NCBI GenBank assembly: GCA_963810205.1
Contig: CAWEMP010000018.1
Coordinates: forward strand, 96,265-160,264
Reading direction: 5' to 3'
DNA: 64,000 nt
Source of the DNA: an uncultured Acidobacteriota bacterium
GTDB taxonomy: Bacteria > Acidobacteriota > Thermoanaerobaculia > UBA5066 > Gp7-AA6
Part shown: positions 59,373 to 64,000 of the stretch, piece after piece
Layout of the letters: each line of letters starts with the position of its first letter
Numbering within the stretch: the stretch's first letter is position 1
Notes under the pieces: model-generated
What the model saw: only the letters and a program-made list of their open reading frames with translations
Database searches by the model: none
Told to the model about the DNA's origin: nothing
Position numbers and translations under genes: made by a program

Positions 59373-60551
59373 TCAGATCACCCCGAACTTCTTCCCGACC
59401 TTCTTGAACGCGTCGACGGCGCGGTCGAGGTCGGACCGTTCATGGGCGGCCGAGACCTGGCAGCGCAGCCGCGCCTGTCCCTGGGGAACCACCGGGAAGC
59501 CGAACCCGGAGACGTAGATGCCCTCCTCGAGGAGGGCCTTTCCCATGGCGAGCGCCTTCGCGGTCTCGCCGACGATGACCGGCACGATCGGATGCGTCCC
59601 GTGGGGGATGCGGAATCCCGCCTCGGAGATGGACTTGCGATAGTAGGCGGCGTTGTCCCGGAGCTTCCGGACCGGCGAGGCGTCTTCGCGGAGCAGCCGG
59701 AACGACTCGAGCGCTCCCGCCGCAACCGCGGGGGGCAGCGAGTTGGAGAAGATGTACGTGCGGCTCCGCTGGCGGAGCGTGTCGACGAGAGCCTTCGGGC
59801 CCGTGACGAATCCGCCGGCCGCCGAGCCCATCGCCTTCCCGAGCGTCCCGGTCGTGACCGGGATGCGGCCGAAGACGCCCTGCTCCTCGGCCGTGCCGCG
59901 CCCCGTCGCGCCGAGGACCCCGGTCGCGTGCGAGTCGTCGACCGCGAGCACCGCGCCGTGCTTCTCGCAGAGGCGCACGGCCTCCGGGAGGTTGGCCTCC
60001 TCGCCCTCCATCGAGAACACGCCGTCGGTCATGTAGAGCTTGTAGCGCGAGGTCGTGTCTTCCCCGAGCATCCGGTCGAGCGCGGCGAGGTCCCCGTGCG
60101 GCGCGCGGAAGCGCGCGGCCTTGCACAGCCGCACGCCGTCGATGATGGAGGCGTGGTTGAGCTCGTCGGAGTAGAGCCCGTCGGGCTCCTCGAGCACCGC
60201 GGCGAAGAGGCCCTCGTTCGCGGCCCAGCAGGTCATGTAGAGGATCGCGTCGTCGCAGTCGAAGAAGGAGGCGATCTCCGCCTCGAGCTCCTTGTGCAGC
60301 TCCTGCGTGCCGCAGATGAAGCGCACGGACCCGAGGCCCGCGCCCCAGCGGTCGACGGCTTTCTTCTGGGCCTCGCGGATGCGCGGGTGGTTGGCGAACC
60401 CGAGGTAATTGTTGGACGTGAGCATGACGACCTCGCGGCCGCCGACCTTCACGCGCGGGCCCTGGGCCGACTGGAGGACGCGCTCCTCCTTGTACGTGCC
60501 GGCCTCCTTCAGCGCGGCCATCTGCGCGGCGAGGTGGTCGAAGAGGGTCAC
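59373..60551 (-). CDS. kbl: Glycine C-acetyltransferase (2-amino-3-ketobutyrate CoA ligase)
   Basis: SNNYLGF, DELNHASIIDG, VDDSHATG, GTLGKAMG (PLP lysine). GTG start overlaps the upstream TGA (GTGA 60548-60551). Confidence 0.9.
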   Translation of the reverse strand: MTLFDHLAAQMAALKEAGTYKEERVLQSAQGPRVKVGGREVVMLTSNNYLGFANHPRIREAQKKAVDRWGAGLGSVRFICGTQELHKELEAEIASFFDCDDAILYMTCWAANEGLFAAVLEEPDGLYSDELNHASIIDGVRLCKAARFRAPHGDLAALDRMLGEDTTSRYKLYMTDGVFSMEGEEANLPEAVRLCEKHGAVLAVDDSHATGVLGATGRGTAEEQGVFGRIPVTTGTLGKAMGSAAGGFVTGPKALVDTLRQRSRTYIFSNSLPPAVAAGALESFRLLREDASPVRKLRDNAAYYRKSISEAGFRIPHGTHPIVPVIVGETAKALAMGKALLEEGIYVSGFGFPVVPQGQARLRCQVSAAHERSDLDRAVDAFKKVGKKFGVI

Positions 60552-61018
60552 TTGCCCTCCGACAGGATCCTTCCGGCGACGCGGTCGCCCGGGAAGGCGG
60601 CCTCGAGGGCGGCGAGCGCCCGATCGAACGCGGCCGCTTCTCCGGCCATGATCTCGGCGCAGAGGGTCGGCGTCCGCACGAATTCCATCGTCCCCGTCAA
60701 GCCGCGCACGACGATCGAGTCCGCCGGCTCCTCGACGACGAAGAGGATCCCGTCCACCTCCTCGAGCGCCCGGGAAGCGATTCGCTCCGCCTTCTCGATT
60801 TCGTCCCGGGCCAGGCACACGCCGGCGAGGCCCACCACCTGGAAGTGGTTGGGCTCGAACTCGGTGCGGTCCCAGTTCTTCCAGACACGGCTGCGCGGGA
60901 CGAGCTGGAAACGGTAGGCGACGTTGGACAGTCGCGACTCCTCGACGGCGAACTCGGCGATGCGCCGTCCGGTCAGCTCCTGGTTGGGGTCGGGCTTGGG
61001 GGGCTTGCTGGTGGGCAT
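60548..61018 (-). CDS. Hypothetical 156-aa protein inserted between tdh and kbl
   Basis: ATG 61018 lies 2 nt after the tdh stop, and its stop overlaps the kbl start. Coding-like. No motif recognised (…VWKNWDRTEFEPNHFQVVGLAGVCLARDEIEKAE…). Confidence 0.6.
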   Translation of the reverse strand: MPTSKPPKPDPNQELTGRRIAEFAVEESRLSNVAYRFQLVPRSRVWKNWDRTEFEPNHFQVVGLAGVCLARDEIEKAERIASRALEEVDGILFVVEEPADSIVVRGLTGTMEFVRTPTLCAEIMAGEAAAFDRALAALEAAFPGDRVAGRILSEGK

Positions 61019-61020
61019 GT

Positions 61021-62104
61021 TCAGGGTCTCCCGTTCGGATAGAAGACGACTTTCATCGCGCGGCGGTCGTCGAGGAGCTCCATCGCCTGGTGAAATTTGT
61101 CGAGCCCGTCGAATTCGTCCGTGACGAGGTCCTCGACGTCGAGTCCGGCCCGGAAAAGGTCGGTCATCTTGATCCAGGTGTCGAAGATGCGCCGGCCGAT
61201 GATGGCGTGGATCGTCACGCCTTTGAAGACGACGTCGTTGGTGTAGTCCCGGATCGTCACGGCCTTGTCCCGCGGGATCCCCAGGAGCGAAACCACGGCC
61301 CCTGGCCGCGCCGCGGCGAGGCCCAGGTTGATCGACGGTTCGGCGCCGGAGAGCTCGAGAACGACGTCGGCGCCGCCGCCCGTCGCTTCGCGGAGGCTTC
61401 CGACCGGGTCCTTGGTTCGGGGCAGTTCGATGACGGACGCCTGCGAGAGCCCGCGCGCCTTGGCCCAATTGCGCGCATGCGCGGCGGCGAGGCCGTTGAC
61501 CTCGGTGATCGCGATCCGGGCGGCTCCGGAGATGCGCGCGATCTCCGCGCACATCGCGCCGATCGGCCCGTAGCCCAGGACCGCCACCGACTTGCCGGAG
61601 AGATCCGCGACCTGGGTCGCGTGCACGGCGTTGCCGAGGGCGTCGAGAAACGCCCCGACCTTCGGCGGGATCATGTCCCGGTCGAGCGGCACGACGTTGA
61701 AGGCGGGCACCACGACGTACTGGGCGAAGCAGCCGTCTCCGTGGACGCCGAGGATCTTCGTGTTCTCGCAGATGTGCCGCCGGCCCGTCCGGCAGGGGCG
61801 GCAGGCCCCGCAGGTCACGTGCATCTCGGCCGAGACGTACTGACCTTCCGAAAGGTGCGGCCGTTTCCCGCCCGGTCCGAACGCGACGATCTCGCCGCAG
61901 AACTCGTGGCCGTAGATGCGCGGCGGCCGGACCATGCCCGCCATCGACGCGTCCCACTGGTAGATGTGCTTGTCCGAGCCGCACACGGCGGTCGCAAGCA
62001 CGCGGATCAGGACCTCGGCCTGGCCGGGGACGGGGACCGGGACCGACCGGACCTCGGTGGCGCCGGGCCCGGCGCGCCGCCTTCGTCTTGACGACGGCGG
62101 TCAT
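61021..62104 (-). CDS. tdh: L-threonine 3-dehydrogenase; one apparent frameshift near 62066-62075
   Basis: MTAVVKTKA (frame a), then GPGATEVRSVPVPVPGQAEVLIRVLATAVCGSD...GHEFCGEIV...CGACRPCRTGRRHIC...GYGPIG (frame b). Confidence 0.9.
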
Positions 62105-62165
62105 CTTCTCCGGGAAGTGGGCGCCAGCCTCCGCCCCTGACCGGGGGTCGTCGCCTTGGCCGCCA

Positions 62166-63590
62166 TCAGTCGCCCGCCTGGTCGTCCCGCACGAATCCGC
62201 TCCGCGCGCCGGCGGCCGCGGCGTGCGCGGAGTACACCGAGACGGGCTTGACGTACTTCGCGACGATCGCGCGCGTGCCGCCGACCCGCAGCTTCTCGAA
62301 GAGGAACGTGAACTTCTCCTCCAGCGTTTCGCGGATGGCACCCTTGGTGCCCTCGGGCAGGTTCCAGACCTGCTCCTTGTACGGTCCGATGGCCTTCTTG
62401 CGCGTCTTGTAGAGGAACTGCGGCTGCGTCTCGCCCTTCTTGCGCTCTTCGCCGGCGTTCTCGTCGAGCCAGCGCTCGATCTCGCGCTTGAGAGGATAGG
62501 GAAAAGCGGGGTGGTCGTAGACGGTGTTCATGAAATCGGTCGCGAGATGGATCTCGGCGCAGTCATTGTCGGGAAAGTGCCCGAAATACTCGGGCGGCAG
62601 TGTCGAGGCGCCGTGCTGCACGGCGCCGGCGAGGCCGTACTCCTCGCGCGCGACCTTCGAGATGGTCTTCAGGACGTTGAAGTCGATCGCGACCCGCTCG
62701 ACCGACCCGTCGGCCGCGACGACGCCGCCGTGGGAGGAGCCGGTCTGGACCGAGACCTTTTCGATCCCGTGGCCCTCGCCGAGAGCCTTCCGGTAGACGT
62801 TCATGTAGGCGCGGAACTCCTCGGGCGTCGAGTTCTCCTTGCCGACCTCGCCGATCTCGCCGCCGACGGAGATCGGCATGTCCTTCGGCTCGCGCGCGCG
62901 GATGAATTTCGTGAAGCGGGCGCAGAGCGTCGCATTGACGTCCTGCTGCGCCTCGAGGGTCGGCTTCGACAGGTCGACGAGCGTCGAGGTGTCGATGTCG
63001 ATCTGAAGGAAGCCCGCGGGGATCGCTTCCTCGATCAGCGCCTCGATGGCGGCGATCTCCTTGTCGGCCGCCTCCTTCATCTTCTTCGGGTTGGTCTGGA
63101 AGTGGTCGCCCTGGAGAAAGAAGGGGCCGCTCCACTCCTCGCGGATCGCCGCCGCCAGCATGACCGCCGCGTACTCGGCCGGCCGCTGCTCCGTGTAGCC
63201 CATCTCGCTTCGGGCGATCTCGAAGATCAGGGTGCCGACCTCGAGCTTCCGGGCGGCGCGCATCGCCGCGCGCGCGGTGTCGTAAGACATCATCCGCACG
63301 TTGACGGCGGGGACGGTGAACCCGGAGACCTCGCCGCGCCCGCGCGCCTCGTAGAGAGGGAGGATCGACGCGGGGAGGATGCCGAGCGACTCGGCGGCCT
63401 CCCGGATGGCGTGGCGCGCGGCGTCGCGCGCCTCCGCCGGCGCGAAGACCGCCGTCCAGACGAGGGCGTCGATCATCTCGGTGCGAAAGCGCGCGGGATT
63501 CGTCACGACGACGCCGCCGTCGAGGCGGACGGTCGCCGAGCGGATCAGGGCTTCTCGAAGCTCGGCCGGCGACGAGTAGAGGTTCATCAT
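62166..63590 (-). CDS. Class II (metal-dependent) ketose-bisphosphate aldolase family protein, long form
   Basis: FLQGDHF, GEIGEVG, GSSHGG, VQHGASTLP. 474 aa from ATGATG at 63590. Confidence 0.8.
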   Translation of the reverse strand: MMNLYSSPAELREALIRSATVRLDGGVVVTNPARFRTEMIDALVWTAVFAPAEARDAARHAIREAAESLGILPASILPLYEARGRGEVSGFTVPAVNVRMMSYDTARAAMRAARKLEVGTLIFEIARSEMGYTEQRPAEYAAVMLAAAIREEWSGPFFLQGDHFQTNPKKMKEAADKEIAAIEALIEEAIPAGFLQIDIDTSTLVDLSKPTLEAQQDVNATLCARFTKFIRAREPKDMPISVGGEIGEVGKENSTPEEFRAYMNVYRKALGEGHGIEKVSVQTGSSHGGVVAADGSVERVAIDFNVLKTISKVAREEYGLAGAVQHGASTLPPEYFGHFPDNDCAEIHLATDFMNTVYDHPAFPYPLKREIERWLDENAGEERKKGETQPQFLYKTRKKAIGPYKEQVWNLPEGTKGAIRETLEEKFTFLFEKLRVGGTRAIVAKYVKPVSVYSAHAAAAGARSGFVRDDQAGD

Positions 63591-63650
63591 GACTCCACGT
63601 CCGAAAGTGCCCGGGGATTCTAATCCAGCGCCGTATGCTACGGTCTTTCC

Positions 63651-64000
63651 GTGACGTCCGTGGAGCTCGCCGAGGCCCTGTCCCGGGTGCTGCCGGCGGA
63701 GGCGATCTTCGCCGACCCCGACTCGCTGGACGCCCACGCGCACGATGAGACCGAGGACCTTCGCTCGCGGCCGGCCCTGGTCGTCGCGCCGCGATCGGAA
63801 GAGGACGTGCGAGCCGTTCTCGCCGTGGCGCGCGAGCGTCGCTTTCCGGTCACGCCCCAGGGCGCGCGCACCGGCCTCTCCGGCGGGGCGCTCCCGTCGC
63901 CCGGAGGCGTGGCGCTGGACCTGACCCGGATGAACCGAATCCTCGAGATCGACCGCGAGAGCCTGTTCGCCGTCGTCGAGCCCGGCGTCGTCACGCAAGT
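63651..64000 (+). CDS. FAD-linked oxidase (GlcD-like), N-terminal fragment; continues past the right edge
   Basis: GTG 63651. PALVVAPRSEEDVRAVLAVARERRFPVTPQGARTGLSGGA is the FAD_binding_4 N-terminal pattern. Confidence 0.75.
   Translation, partial: MTSVELAEALSRVLPAEAIFADPDSLDAHAHDETEDLRSRPALVVAPRSEEDVRAVLAVARERRFPVTPQGARTGLSGGALPSPGGVALDLTRMNRILEIDRESLFAVVEPGVVTQ

Overview
High-GC bacterial chromosomal segment, about two-thirds to 70% G+C by eye. It most resembles an Acidobacteriota-type genome: a 'VWFA-related acidobacterial domain'-like protein, a bacillithiol operon and GT-C membrane glycosyltransferases. I can support about 65 protein genes, one tRNA-Leu(GAG), one SAM-I riboswitch and two dispersed non-coding repeat families.

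Gene content is mostly core. It includes glk, purD, lepA with two lepB copies, tsaD, mtnA, ggt, pgk-tpiA-secG, yidD, add, bshABC, dus, an M16 peptidase pair, an MsbA-like ABC exporter, an OPT transporter, tdh/kbl and a class II aldolase. I saw no transposase, integrase, CRISPR array or recognisable defence genes.

Operons are tightly packed. GTGA or ATGA start/stop overlaps recur at least 10 times, and I used them to fix start codons.

Caveat on sequence quality: about two dozen conserved genes are broken by frame changes, including pgk, tsaD, purD, mtnA and tdh. Nearly all changes go the same way, as if one extra base were present. High GC keeps the wrong frames open, so several long ORFs in the track are chimeras or hide out-of-frame stretches. 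I read this as assembly or consensus indels, not pseudogenisation.

Most interesting observations:
- A 130-160 nt three-hairpin repeat family in four copies, with compensatory base changes in each stem.
- A canonical intrinsic terminator with no gene upstream, next to glk.
- Two tandem small paralogous ORFs of unknown function.
- A SAM-methyltransferase translationally coupled to bshC (NmbA-like candidate).
- A 156-aa unknown ORF wedged between tdh and kbl.
- A module of blue-copper protein, Cache/HAMP Ser/Thr kinase, outer-membrane barrel and pseudo-receiver.

No single obvious novel system stands out. Confidence in novelty is moderate at best.
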